Below, piece after piece: positions 1-9,709 of a DNA stretch of 48,136 nucleotides. Within the stretch, counting starts at the first letter, position 1. Each line of letters opens with the position of its first letter. Origin of the DNA: an uncultured Aquiluna sp. (GTDB taxonomy: Bacteria; Actinomycetota; Actinomycetes; Actinomycetales; Microbacteriaceae); NCBI GenBank assembly GCA_964439375.1, contig CAYTOH010000001.1, forward strand, positions 1-48,136, given 5' to 3'. The translations under genes and the position numbers were made by a program. A model generated the notes under the pieces. The model was not told where the DNA came from and ran no database searches. It saw nothing but the letters and a program-made list of their open reading frames with translations.

Positions 1-1540
1 TGAACTCCTCCAAGACCTTGGATCTTCTAATTCCATAGAGCGAGATTGCCGCAACGAGGATGAAGATAACAACGGAGATTGCTGAAGCTAAGCCCAAGTC
101 CTGAACTTGTGAGCCGAACGCAATCTTGTAGGTGTAGCTGATCAAGATATCCGTCGCACCAGCAATCTCGCCGTCCAAGTCATTTCTCGGACCACCTCCG
201 GTTAGCAGGAAGATCAGGTTGAAGTTATTGAAGTTGAATGCAAAGGATGCGATGAGCAGCGGGGTAAGCATCTTCAATAGAAGTGGCAGAGTTATCTGCC
301 AGAAAATCTGGCGGTTACTTGCCCCATCAATCGTGGCAGCCTCTGATAGCTCTTGGGGTATCGCCTGCAAAGCTCCGTTGGATATCAAGTAGAAGTAGGG
401 GAACCCAAGCCAAAGGTTGACGATGATTACCGCCGCTCGTGCAAAGTTTGGGTCTAGGAACCAGGCGATGTTCGTCCCTAGTAATGCGTTGATGGCACCA
501 AACTCGGTGTCGAACATACCTCCCCAGATCAAAATGCTCATGATCGACGGAACTGCGTAAGGGAGGATGATGACGATTCTGTAGAACCTGCGGCCGCGGA
601 GCGGTTTGTCCAGCGCAAGGGCGATCAGAAGACCTAGTGCGAACTGGGTGATGACGGTCGTGATTGAGAAAATCATCGTCCAGATAAAGACACCGATGAA
701 TGGCTCACGCACGCTCTCATCTGTAACAAGGGATACGTAGTTCTCAAACCAAATAGGCGATCGCCATCCTGGGGAAAGCAGCTCCTCAGGGTTGTCGATA
801 TTTGCATAGTTTCCGCGCCCATTGTCGGCATACTTAGCGCCAGTTTGTATGTTGGTGAAGCTGTCAGATGCCTCGTCATAAACCAGCCCGGGCTTGAATG
901 GAATTGCTACCTCGAAGCCCTCCAAGCCCAAGAAGTACTCCCCAGGACCCGCAAACTTAAGTGCAGCCAAATCACTTCCGCGACTGGCTAGTTCGTCATC
1001 ACCGAATCGAGTAAAGCCGCTGGTTGCTACCGCTATCCCGAGGTCAGGATCAAGGGTCACTTGCGAGGCATCCAGCGAGACGATCTTCTCTTCGGTTGAG
1101 AGGAAGTACTCGCTGGTCATGTAATCAGTAGCTAGAAGTGCCGGGTTTCCCTGACCATCCTCACCAACTACGACATCGAAAGACAGCCCGGAGTCATCGG
1201 CAACATAAGACTCGGCCATGATTCGCTCAAGGGCAACTGGCTTGTCCACATAGTTGCCAGTTTTGAACTGGAACCCTGACATCACCAATGTGTAAAGAAT
1301 AGGTAGTACTACGAAAGCTGAAAGAAGCAAAATTCCCGGCAGGAAGAACTTCATCGGGATAGAGATTTTGCTGAAGTAGACGATCGCAACGGTCACCATC
1401 GACAAAGCGATGAAAAGAGCGATAAATCCCTCGCCTGAGGCGAAAGCACTTTGGGCCAATAGGCCAAGAATTGCAAGGGTGATGCTGACAAAGATGATTT
1501 TCGCAGTTACTGCGAGCTTGTTGCCTTGAAAGAGTTTCAT
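1..1540 (-). CDS. malF: Maltose/maltodextrin ABC transporter permease MalF-like (3' end runs off the window)
   Basis: Not in the ORF track because it has no stop in the window. ATG at 1540 reads MKLFQGNKLAVTAKIIF... and the frame is consistent with ...YGIRRSKVLEEF at position 2. Multiple TM segments, large extracytoplasmic loop, EAA motif (LSEAATIDGA), SFAFNFNNFNLIFLLTGGGP typical of MalF. Directly downstream of malE. Confidence 0.9.
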   Translation of the reverse strand, partial: MKLFQGNKLAVTAKIIFVSITLAILGLLAQSAFASGEGFIALFIALSMVTVAIVYFSKISIPMKFFLPGILLLSAFVVLPILYTLVMSGFQFKTGNYVDKPVALERIMAESYVADDSGLSFDVVVGEDGQGNPALLATDYMTSEYFLSTEEKIVSLDASQVTLDPDLGIAVATSGFTRFGDDELASRGSDLAALKFAGPGEYFLGLEGFEVAIPFKPGLVYDEASDSFTNIQTGAKYADNGRGNYANIDNPEELLSPGWRSPIWFENYVSLVTDESVREPFIGVFIWTMIFSITTVITQFALGLLIALALDKPLRGRRFYRIVIILPYAVPSIMSILIWGGMFDTEFGAINALLGTNIAWFLDPNFARAAVIIVNLWLGFPYFYLISNGALQAIPQELSEAATIDGASNRQIFWQITLPLLLKMLTPLLIASFAFNFNNFNLIFLLTGGGPRNDLDGEIAGATDILISYTYKIAFGSQVQDLGLASAISVVIFILVAAISLYGIRRSKVLEEF

Positions 1541-1566
1541 GTGTCCCAGCTACTTGTAAATGAAGA

Positions 1567-1601
1567 TGCTTCGGGGGCAACTATGGGTTGCCCCCGAAGC
1601 A
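1567..1601 (-). terminator. Perfect 15-bp stem-loop between malE and malF (mRNA stabiliser/attenuator)
   Basis: TGCTTCGGGGGCAAC-TATGG-GTTGCCCCCGAAGCA; no strong U-tract on the minus strand. Confidence 0.7.
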
Positions 1602-1613
1602 CTCGATCTCTAC

Positions 1614-2882
1614 TTAGAGAGACTTCACGCCTTCAGCGATGTTCTTTCTGAAGATGGTGTTTAGCTTCGCGACTGCTGCGCGAGGAGCAACCTTCTTCAC
1701 TAGAACGTCGTTCCAGAAAGCAGGCAGTGCGTCCCAGTAGGAGGTGCTGCCCCTGTGGCCGTTCAAGATCGCACCGATCTGAGGAACGGATGCACGTGCT
1801 GCTGCTGCACCAAAGCCCTTCTGAGCTGCGTTCGCACGAGCGGCTGCTGCAATGTTTGCAGGTGGGCGCTGCTCGTTCGCCTGGTATGCAAGTGCACCCT
1901 TGGTCGAAGCGAAGAAGTTGGTTAGCAGTGACTTCGCAGCTGCGTCGTTGCCGTTGTCAGCAGCGAAGGAGGTTAGAAGTGCACCGGAAACGCTACCGAA
2001 TGCAGCACCGAAGGTACCGCGGGTAACGCCAGGAACAGGCATCAAGTTGTTCATTGAGAAGCCCTTGTCTGCGTAGTCCTTCCACTCCCAGTTACCGATT
2101 ACGGCGTAAGGCACCTTGCCGGCTAGGAAGTTGGTCTTGCAACCAGTGTCAGTGGCTGGGAAGAATCCGTTGCTGGTTCCATCGGCCTTCAGCAGGAAGC
2201 GGGAGACGTTCTCTGCAACCGCGGTTGGAACTGGGTCCCTGCGGGTGTCAACTGAGCTTCCGCGCATCGCATAAGCGCCGCCACCGAGTGCGCTAAGCAC
2301 TGAGTGAGCACCCCATGAAGTGCCACCACCAGCAATACATAGACCAGCCTCAAGCTTGTCTGCGGTGCGGTTGGCTAGGTAGAAGTCAACCATCTCACCA
2401 AAGGTGGTCGGTAGCTTGCCGGTTAGGTCAGTGTTTACAAGCATTGCAACGTTGTTGACATCCAGCGGGACACCGTAGATGCGGCCCTTGTAAGAAAGGT
2501 CAAACCAGTTGTTTGGGTTGAATGCACGACGAACTGCAGCTGATGGGGTGTAAACGGCTAGCTTGCCGTTCTGAGCACCGGTAGCAACCCAGTCGTTAGC
2601 GCCAACGATGATGTCTGGGCCGTCCTTGGTGACGTTGTCAACTGCAGTCTTCAGTGCGTCGAAGCTTGAGAAGGAAACAACTCTTACCTTGTAGCCAGGA
2701 ACCCACTCGCCACCGCGCTGAGCGGTTAGTGACCCAAGGGTCTTTAGTAGGTTCGGTCCGCGGGACTCGTCTGCCCACACGGTGATCACCTTGTCGTTAG
2801 CGGAAGCTGGTGCCGCTCCGAGCAGAGATGATGCTGCCAGGCCGAAAGCTACGGCGAGGCTCACAATCTTCTTTGATTTCAT
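1614..2882 (-). CDS. malE: Maltose/maltodextrin ABC substrate-binding protein
   Basis: Start moved to ATG 2882 (SD AAGGAGAG). Signal peptide MKSKK...APASA, MalE-like GPDIIVGANDW and IYGVP motifs; context with malF and GH13 genes. Confidence 0.85.
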   Translation of the reverse strand: MKSKKIVSLAVAFGLAASSLLGAAPASANDKVITVWADESRGPNLLKTLGSLTAQRGGEWVPGYKVRVVSFSSFDALKTAVDNVTKDGPDIIVGANDWVATGAQNGKLAVYTPSAAVRRAFNPNNWFDLSYKGRIYGVPLDVNNVAMLVNTDLTGKLPTTFGEMVDFYLANRTADKLEAGLCIAGGGTSWGAHSVLSALGGGAYAMRGSSVDTRRDPVPTAVAENVSRFLLKADGTSNGFFPATDTGCKTNFLAGKVPYAVIGNWEWKDYADKGFSMNNLMPVPGVTRGTFGAAFGSVSGALLTSFAADNGNDAAAKSLLTNFFASTKGALAYQANEQRPPANIAAAARANAAQKGFGAAAARASVPQIGAILNGHRGSTSYWDALPAFWNDVLVKKVAPRAAVAKLNTIFRKNIAEGVKSL

Positions 2883-2928
2883 TTCTCTCCTTGATAGTTG
2901 TCGAGCGATACGACTTAGTAAGTAAAGC

Positions 2929-2948
2929 ACTCTGTAAACGCTTACAGT
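2929..2948. promoter_or_regulatory. LacI-family operator copy 1 (ACTCTGTAAACGCTTACAGT)
   Basis: Near-palindrome CTGTAAACGCTTACAG with central CG as in LacI/GalR operators; exact 20-bp repeat at 3049. Confidence 0.8.
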
Positions 2949-3048
2949 CAAAAAAGTTAACCCAAAAATTTATAACGGATTTATCACGCCCAAGTTGCGT
3001 TTCGCTAGCAAGCGGTTAGCCTGTGGGAAGTTGTAAATGAGGCGCAAA

Positions 3049-3068
3049 ACTCTGTAAACGCTTACAGT
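3049..3068. promoter_or_regulatory. LacI-family operator copy 2 (ACTCTGTAAACGCTTACAGT)
   Basis: Identical 20-mer 120 bp from copy 1, upstream of the GH13 genes in the divergent promoter region. Confidence 0.8.
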
Positions 3069-3096
3069 TTGTGCTGTTTTTGGAAGGAAAAACACT

Positions 3097-4755
3097 GTGA
3101 CTACTGGCAGTGAATGGTGGCGCTCAGCCGTTATTTATCAGATTTACCCGCGATCGTTTGCCGATGCGAACGGAGACGGCATGGGTGATCTTCAGGGCAT
3201 CAAGAATCGCCTTCCCGAGCTCGCGGCTCTTGGCATAGATGCTGTTTGGTGCTCACCGTTTTTTAGATCTCCCCAAAAAGATGCCGGCTATGATGTCTCC
3301 GACTATCGCGACATCGACCCACTTTTCGGAACCCTGCAGGACTTTGACAATTTGGTCGCAGAGGCCAAAAAATACGGCATCCGAATCATCGTTGACCTGG
3401 TACCAAACCACTCATCAGATCAGCACGAATGGTTCCAAGCCGCGCTGAAGGCAGGCCCCGGCTCCAAGGAGCGCGAGCGCTACATCTTCCGCGACGGCCG
3501 CGGCGAAAACGGTGAACTCGAGCCAAACAACTGGCCTTCGGTTTTTGGTGGAGCTGCATGGACCCGAGTTACTGAGCCGGATGGAAAGCCAGGTCAGTGG
3601 TACCTCCACATCTTTGACTCATCGCAGCCCGATTTTGACTGGAACAACCCGGAGGTTAGGGCAGAGTTTGAGTCGATCCTCAGGTTCTGGCTCGACCGCG
3701 GTGCCGGAGGGTTCCGTATCGACGTGGCTCACGGTCTCGTGAAGGCCGACGGTCTTCCTGATGTAGAAGAAACCTCCACCACCATGAGTGGTGAGGAAGA
3801 GCAAAACAAGCCAAAAGACCGCACAAAGCCTCACCCATTCTGGGGCCAAGAGGGTGTGCACGAGATTATTCGTGAGTGGCGCAAGATCGTTGATGAATAC
3901 GACGACCGGATTATGGCTGCAGAAGCTTGGGTTATGCCGCTGAGTCGCATGGCGAAGTGGGTAAGGCAAGACGAATACCACCAGTGCTTCAACTTCGGTT
4001 ACCTGGAGTCGCCTTGGCAGGCTGCTTCCCTAAAGCAGGTCATCGATGATTCGCTCCATGAGTTTGGAAACGTTGGCGCTCCAAGCACCTGGGTCCTTTC
4101 GAACCACGATGTGATTCGCCACGCCACTCGTTTTGCCTATGACAAAGTTCCCAAGCAAGGTGATGGCATCGGACCTAGCTACCCACAGCCAAACATTCCT
4201 CTTGGTCTGAAACGAGCTCGCGCTGCCAGCACCTTGATGCTCGGGCTCCCCGGTGGCGCATACATCTACCAGGGTGAAGAGCTTGGACTGCCTGAGCACA
4301 CCACCATCGATGGTAAGTATCGACAGGACCCAACCTTCTTCCGAACCAAGGGTGAGCGCGTCGGAAGAGATGGTTGCCGTGTGCCAATCCCATGGCACTC
4401 AGAGGAACCAGCTTTTGGCTTCAACGCAACTGGAGAGTCTTGGCTACCTCAGCCCGAGCTCTACAAGAGCTATGCCCGCAATCTCCAAGATGGTGTTGAG
4501 GGCTCAACTCTTGAGCTTTACAAAACCCTGCTTGCAAACCGCAAGAAGTTTGGTTTGGGGCTTGGCAGCTTGAAGTGGGCTGAGAAGTACTGCACTGAGA
4601 CCTCACTGGGTTACCAAAACGGTGACGTGCTTGTGATTGCAAACTTTGACGGACAGGGCCTCGAGCTTCCCGAGGGAGAGGTCATTGCCTCAACACAGGC
4701 CTCTAGGGACTCTGAAGTGCTAGAACCCAACAACGCGGTCTGGATTAAGCTCTAG
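3097..4755 (+). CDS. GH13 alpha-glucosidase
   Basis: WWRSAVIYQIYPRSFAD, DLVPNH, GFRIDVAH (nucleophile), AEAW (acid/base), SNHD, YQGEELG, GRDGCRVP; SD GAAGGA. Confidence 0.93.
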   Translation: MTTGSEWWRSAVIYQIYPRSFADANGDGMGDLQGIKNRLPELAALGIDAVWCSPFFRSPQKDAGYDVSDYRDIDPLFGTLQDFDNLVAEAKKYGIRIIVDLVPNHSSDQHEWFQAALKAGPGSKERERYIFRDGRGENGELEPNNWPSVFGGAAWTRVTEPDGKPGQWYLHIFDSSQPDFDWNNPEVRAEFESILRFWLDRGAGGFRIDVAHGLVKADGLPDVEETSTTMSGEEEQNKPKDRTKPHPFWGQEGVHEIIREWRKIVDEYDDRIMAAEAWVMPLSRMAKWVRQDEYHQCFNFGYLESPWQAASLKQVIDDSLHEFGNVGAPSTWVLSNHDVIRHATRFAYDKVPKQGDGIGPSYPQPNIPLGLKRARAASTLMLGLPGGAYIYQGEELGLPEHTTIDGKYRQDPTFFRTKGERVGRDGCRVPIPWHSEEPAFGFNATGESWLPQPELYKSYARNLQDGVEGSTLELYKTLLANRKKFGLGLGSLKWAEKYCTETSLGYQNGDVLVIANFDGQGLELPEGEVIASTQASRDSEVLEPNNAVWIKL

Positions 4756-4757
4756 GA

Positions 4758-6395
4758 ATGTTGCATCCCGCCAGCCCAGGAAGTCAGTGGTGGCGCTCAG
4801 GGGTCATCTATCAGATCTATCCCCGCTCGTTCGCTGACCTAAATGGCGATGGCATGGGCGATTTGGCGGGTATTGCGTCGAAGCTTCCAAAGCTCAAAGA
4901 GCTGGGAGTTGACGCGATTTGGCTCAGTCCCTTCTACACCTCACCCCAAAAGGACGCGGGGTATGACGTTGCCAATTACATCGATGTTGATCCGCTCTTT
5001 GGGACACTGAGTGACTTCGATCAGCTTCTTGCAACAGCGCACGATCTGGGCCTCAGGGTCATGATTGACCTCGTTCCAAACCATTCATCAGACCAGCACG
5101 AGTGGTTTCAGCGAGCGCTGAAGGCAGGGCCTGGCTCAAAAGAGCGCGCGTACTACCACTTCAAAGATGGCCTGGGCGAAAACGGTGAGCTACCACCAAA
5201 CAACTGGCAGAGCATGTTTGGTGGTCCTGCTTGGACCAGGGTTGAGGATGGCCAATGGTATGTGCACCTATTTGACTCCTCCCAGCCAGATCTGAATTGG
5301 GAAAATGAGGAGGTCAGGGCCGAGTTTGAAAACATCCTTCGCTTTTGGCTTGACCGCGGAGTTGATGGTTTCCGCGTAGATCAACCGCACGCAATGGCGA
5401 AAGCTCCTGGACTACCCGACCACCCATACGTTGAAGAGGCTGGAGCAGGTTTCATAGAGGGTCGCGAGAATCCACCCATGTGGTTCCAAGATTCAGTTCA
5501 CGACATCTTCAGGTCTTGGAGAAAGATTCTCGACAGCTACCCAGGTGACAGGGCGATGTGTGGCGAGGCTTATGTTTTGCCCCTAAGTTTCATGGCGCTT
5601 TGGGTTAGGCCGGATGAATTCCACCAGACTTTCAACTTCCGCTTTTTGGATGCGGGTTGGGACAAGGCCAAGCTTGTCGCTGCAATCAATGAGTCCTTTG
5701 AAGCCTTTGACTCAGTAGGTGCTCCCAGCACCTGGGTCCTAAACAATCACGATGTCATAAGGCATGTCTCAAGATTTGGTGGAGACTACGGTCGAGCCAC
5801 TGCTTCAGACGGTATTGGTCCTGAAAACCCCCAGCCAAACAATGACCTCGGTCTTGAGATTGCTCAAGGAGCAACCCTGTTTATGCTCGGACTTCCGGGA
5901 GCAAGCTACCTCTACCAGGGCGAGGAGCTAGGGCTTCCGGAACACACCACTATCCCAGCTGCCAACCGGCAAGACCCGACCTTCTTTAGAACCTCTGGAG
6001 AAAGAGTCGGGCGGGATGGTTGCCGCGTACCACTGCCTTGGGAGCGTGGCGGGTCTACTAACGGATTTAGCTCTGCGGATCTCTCCTGGCTCCCACAGCC
6101 GGTGTCATTTGGGCCGCTTGCCAGAGATGAGCAAGAAAGTGATGAGAGCTCAACTCTCAACCTTTACAAGCGAGCACTGTCCTTGCGAAAAGAACTTGGT
6201 CTAGGTGAAGGTTCTTTTGATTGGGTAAGCCAAACCGAACTGCTCTCCTACAAAAACCAAAGCGTTCTTGTTGCACACAACTTCTCAAAAGAGGAACTGC
6301 CGCTACCTGCTGGCGAGCTATTGCTCAAAAGCGGCGGCGGCAGTTCTCTAATGCCAAACCAAACTGCTTGGGTTAGGCAGCTAGGTCCTTCCTAG
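4758..6395 (+). CDS. GH13 alpha-glucosidase, tandem paralog
   Basis: Same motif set as the upstream gene: YQIYPRSF, GFRVDQPH, GEAY, NNHD, GRDGCRVP. Confidence 0.92.
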   Translation: MLHPASPGSQWWRSGVIYQIYPRSFADLNGDGMGDLAGIASKLPKLKELGVDAIWLSPFYTSPQKDAGYDVANYIDVDPLFGTLSDFDQLLATAHDLGLRVMIDLVPNHSSDQHEWFQRALKAGPGSKERAYYHFKDGLGENGELPPNNWQSMFGGPAWTRVEDGQWYVHLFDSSQPDLNWENEEVRAEFENILRFWLDRGVDGFRVDQPHAMAKAPGLPDHPYVEEAGAGFIEGRENPPMWFQDSVHDIFRSWRKILDSYPGDRAMCGEAYVLPLSFMALWVRPDEFHQTFNFRFLDAGWDKAKLVAAINESFEAFDSVGAPSTWVLNNHDVIRHVSRFGGDYGRATASDGIGPENPQPNNDLGLEIAQGATLFMLGLPGASYLYQGEELGLPEHTTIPAANRQDPTFFRTSGERVGRDGCRVPLPWERGGSTNGFSSADLSWLPQPVSFGPLARDEQESDESSTLNLYKRALSLRKELGLGEGSFDWVSQTELLSYKNQSVLVAHNFSKEELPLPAGELLLKSGGGSSLMPNQTAWVRQLGPS

Positions 6396-8466
6396 GCCAC
6401 CAGAACTTCTCCTTCAGAGTGAAGGCGAGCGCCGGCACAATAACGGTTCTGACCAAAAGGGTGTCGAGCAATACACCGATGCAAACAATTGTTCCAACCT
6501 GTGCCAGAGCAATCAGAGGCAAAACGCCTAGAACCGCGAACACCGCGGCTAGCAAAATACCCGCGGAAGTGATGACTCCACCGGTTGCACCAAGAGCTTT
6601 CCTCATGCCCTCGGCGGTGCCGATCTTCTGAGCCTCTTCTTGGGCTCTGGTGACAAGGAATATCGAATAATCCACACCCAGCGCAACTAAGAACAAGAAG
6701 GCCAAAATGAATACGGTTAGGTCTAGAGCTGGGAAACCAAAGATGTATTGGAAGATCAGCCAGCTAGCTCCAAGGGCTGAGAAGAAGGAACCGACCACTG
6801 CGACCAAAAGCAGAATCGGTGCCAGCAGTGACCTAAGAAGCAGTATCAAGATCAAGAACACCGAAATCAGAATCAGTGGGACCAGTAGCAACTGATCGCG
6901 CGCTGTTGCCTCTTGGGCATCCAGAGAAATCGCGTCTTGACCACCAACTAGCGCAAGAGCATCATCAGGCAATGCATCTAGTGCTAGGCGCAATTCAGCA
7001 ATCAGCAACTGAGCGGCCTGCGACTCAGGTTCAGCGTCTAGGACAACATCCACCTGGGTGAACTCATCGTTAGCTGCACCCTTGGCAACCTCGTCAACCC
7101 CGTCGATTCCCTGAAGGATTTCAACTGCTTGGTCTAGGTGCTCGTTTGAGACAATCACCTGGCTAGGAGCAGCCCTACCAGCCGAGAAACTCTCTGCCAG
7201 AACCTGCTGACCCACAACCGCCTCAGGCTTTTGAATAAAGATTTCTGTTGCGCTCAAACCTGTCTTGATGCCAAAGCCACCGGTTGCCATGATCGCGAGG
7301 ATTGCAACTCCAGCGCCAGAGATCAAAATAGGTCGCTTTGAAACTGCAGTTCCCAACTTGGTCCAGATCGACTTTGCAAATGGGTTTGGGTCTCCAACCT
7401 TTGGCACCAGTGGCCAGAAAATGCCCCTTGGGAAAACAACGAGGGCCGATGGGAGCACTAAAAGGCCAGCAATCATCGCCACGACGATGCCTACTGCTGA
7501 AACAAGTCCCAGAACCTGACGACCCTCGATCTCAGCGAGCAGAAGTAGTGCCAGCGCAACTGCGACCGTGGAGCCAGAGGCCAGGATTGCTGGACCTGCT
7601 CCGCGAAGGGCAATTCTCATTGCCTCGCGCCTGTCCTCGTGAGTCAAAAGCTCCTCGCGATAGCGGGCAATAAGAAGCAGTGCGTAGTTCGTTCCCGCAC
7701 CGAACACCAGCACTGCCAGGATTCCTGTGACTGATGCGTCTGGCGTGAAGCCAAATGCTTCGGCCACACGCCTGGCCAAAATACCTGCCATACCATCTGC
7801 AACCGCCACGACAATCAGCGGGACCATCCAGAGAACAGGTGATCGGTAGGTGATAAGAAGTAGAAGCGCAACCACGCTTGCGGTGACAGCCAAAAGGCTG
7901 AAGTTTGCGCCATTGAAGATTGACCCAACATCCTTGATGAACCCTTCAGGTCCAGTCACATAAACCTCTATCCCAGACGGCATGCCCTGAGGAGCAAGCT
8001 CGCGCATCTGGTCAATTCGAGCGGTCGTGACTTCGAAGTCATCGGTTGCCTCAAGCGGAACCGTGATTAGAGCGGTAGTGCCATCTTCAGAGATCTGGGC
8101 AGGAGGCACAAACTTCTCCCCCATCACCTCGACGTTTGTGAACTGGGTGAACTTCTCGTTAGCACCGCCGGCTGGCATGCGAGTTGCAGGATCAAACTCA
8201 CCCTGAAGCCACTTCAACTGCTCATCGGTGAACTTGGTCTCAGAGGCATAGACGATGAGCGCGAGACTTCCTTCATTGATGGGCAGCTCTTCTTGAAGCT
8301 TTTGAACCTGAATTGACTCGACGTTGTCTTTCAGCCCCGAGCTAGGAGTTGTGTTCTCGGTCGCAAGATTCAGTGGGCCAAAAGCGATTCCGGCAAAAAT
8401 CAGACCTAGAAGGAGGTTGACCCACGCGGTCTTTTTGCCGGTCAGGAAGTTTAGAAGTCCGTTCAC
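6373..8466 (-). CDS. MMPL/RND-family transporter
   Basis: Two repeats of TM bundle plus soluble loop; VFGAGTNYALLLIARYREE and LVALGVDYSIFLVTRAQEE motifs; SD GGAGA. Confidence 0.9.
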   Translation of the reverse strand: MNGLLNFLTGKKTAWVNLLLGLIFAGIAFGPLNLATENTTPSSGLKDNVESIQVQKLQEELPINEGSLALIVYASETKFTDEQLKWLQGEFDPATRMPAGGANEKFTQFTNVEVMGEKFVPPAQISEDGTTALITVPLEATDDFEVTTARIDQMRELAPQGMPSGIEVYVTGPEGFIKDVGSIFNGANFSLLAVTASVVALLLLITYRSPVLWMVPLIVVAVADGMAGILARRVAEAFGFTPDASVTGILAVLVFGAGTNYALLLIARYREELLTHEDRREAMRIALRGAGPAILASGSTVAVALALLLLAEIEGRQVLGLVSAVGIVVAMIAGLLVLPSALVVFPRGIFWPLVPKVGDPNPFAKSIWTKLGTAVSKRPILISGAGVAILAIMATGGFGIKTGLSATEIFIQKPEAVVGQQVLAESFSAGRAAPSQVIVSNEHLDQAVEILQGIDGVDEVAKGAANDEFTQVDVVLDAEPESQAAQLLIAELRLALDALPDDALALVGGQDAISLDAQEATARDQLLLVPLILISVFLILILLLRSLLAPILLLVAVVGSFFSALGASWLIFQYIFGFPALDLTVFILAFLFLVALGVDYSIFLVTRAQEEAQKIGTAEGMRKALGATGGVITSAGILLAAVFAVLGVLPLIALAQVGTIVCIGVLLDTLLVRTVIVPALAFTLKEKFWWPRKDLAA

Positions 8467-8663
8467 TATCTCTCCAGTGTTGTCTAACCATCTAAAGCTA
8501 ACTCCTGATCGGACTTATTCCACGTTATTTAGGGTTTAGCTCAGTCATCTGATCTTTCGCGACTTTTCCCGCGTTACCCTAAGACCAAAGTTCCATTCCT
8601 GGTTTCCTCTGGAGAAAGTAGAAAAAATTGGAGCAATCGCTGCTCCGATTTTCTGCTAGAAAT

Positions 8664-8674
8664 AGGTCATACGA
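8664..8674. promoter_or_regulatory. Candidate FadR operator AGGTCATACGA
   Basis: Reverse complement TCGT-ATG-ACCT fits the GT-N3-AC FadR pattern and the island-wide motif. Confidence 0.5.
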
Positions 8675-8690
8675 ATGAGAGAGTCTTTCG

Positions 8691-9695
8691 ATGAAGCAAC
8701 CGGTTACCTTATTCACTGGTCAGTGGGCAGACTTGCCCCTCGAGGACGTGGCCAGTTTTGCTGCAGCCGCTGGTTATGACGGTCTAGAGATAGCTTGCAG
8801 CGGCGAACACCTAGATGTCTGGAGAGCCAAAGAGGACTCTTCATACCTACATGAGCGCAAAGAACTCCTCAAACGTCACGGTCTCGGCGTTTGGGCGATT
8901 TCAAATCACCTGACTGGTCAGGCCGTTTGCGACAATCCGATCGACTTCAGGCACAAGGCCATAGTCCGACCAAATGTTTGGGGTGACGGCGACCCAGAGA
9001 GCGTCCGCCAGCGAGCCGCGGAGGAGATGAAGTTAACGGCGATTGCGGCTCGGGCGCTAGGTGTCGACACCGTTGTGGGCTTCACAGGTTCAGCTATTTG
9101 GCAATACGTAGCCATGTTTCCTCCTGTCTCGCAGGAAGTGATTGATCAGGGATACGAAGATTTTGCAAAAAGATGGAATCCGATCATGGATGTGTTTGAC
9201 TCCGAAGGGGTCAGATTCGCCCTAGAGGTTCACCCGTCCGAGATTGCTTACGACTACTACACGACCCAAAGGACCCTCGAGGCGATAGACCACAGAGCCG
9301 CGTTCGGGCTGAACTGGGACCCTAGTCACATGGAGTGGCAGGACATAGACCCCGCAAACTTCATCCTCGATTTTGCAGACCGCATCTACCATGTCGACTG
9401 CAAAGACACCCGGGTCTATCGCAATGATGGACGAAGAGGACGGCTGGGCTCACACCTCAGCTGGGAAGACCCACGGAGAGGTTGGTCCTTTGTTTCAACT
9501 GGTAGAGGAGACATTGACTGGGAGTCGAGTTTCAGGGCCCTGAGGACAATCGGCTACCAAGGACCCATCTCGATCGAGTGGGAAGACGCGGGGATGGACA
9601 GGCTGCATGGTGCAGCGGAGGCAGTTGACTTTGTTCGGAGTTTGATTTGGAAAAGCCCTGAGAAGTCTTTCGACTCCGCATTCTCGACCCAGTAG
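8691..9695 (+). CDS. Sugar phosphate isomerase/epimerase (xylose-isomerase-like TIM barrel)
   Basis: [10 protein letters not shown] start; metal ligands in ALEVHP, NWDPSH, HVDCKD, SIEWED. Confidence 0.85.
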   Translation: MKQPVTLFTGQWADLPLEDVASFAAAAGYDGLEIACSGEHLDVWRAKEDSSYLHERKELLKRHGLGVWAISNHLTGQAVCDNPIDFRHKAIVRPNVWGDGDPESVRQRAAEEMKLTAIAARALGVDTVVGFTGSAIWQYVAMFPPVSQEVIDQGYEDFAKRWNPIMDVFDSEGVRFALEVHPSEIAYDYYTTQRTLEAIDHRAAFGLNWDPSHMEWQDIDPANFILDFADRIYHVDCKDTRVYRNDGRRGRLGSHLSWEDPRRGWSFVSTGRGDIDWESSFRALRTIGYQGPISIEWEDAGMDRLHGAAEAVDFVRSLIWKSPEKSFDSAFSTQ

Positions 9696-9709
9696 TTGGA
9701 AGTCTCTAT

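Noticed and set aside
2883-2951. N-terminal extensions in the ORF track (malE; also 34488-34571 and 36937-37029)
   Set aside because: They run through operator sites, and downstream starts have proper SD motifs and family-typical N-termini.
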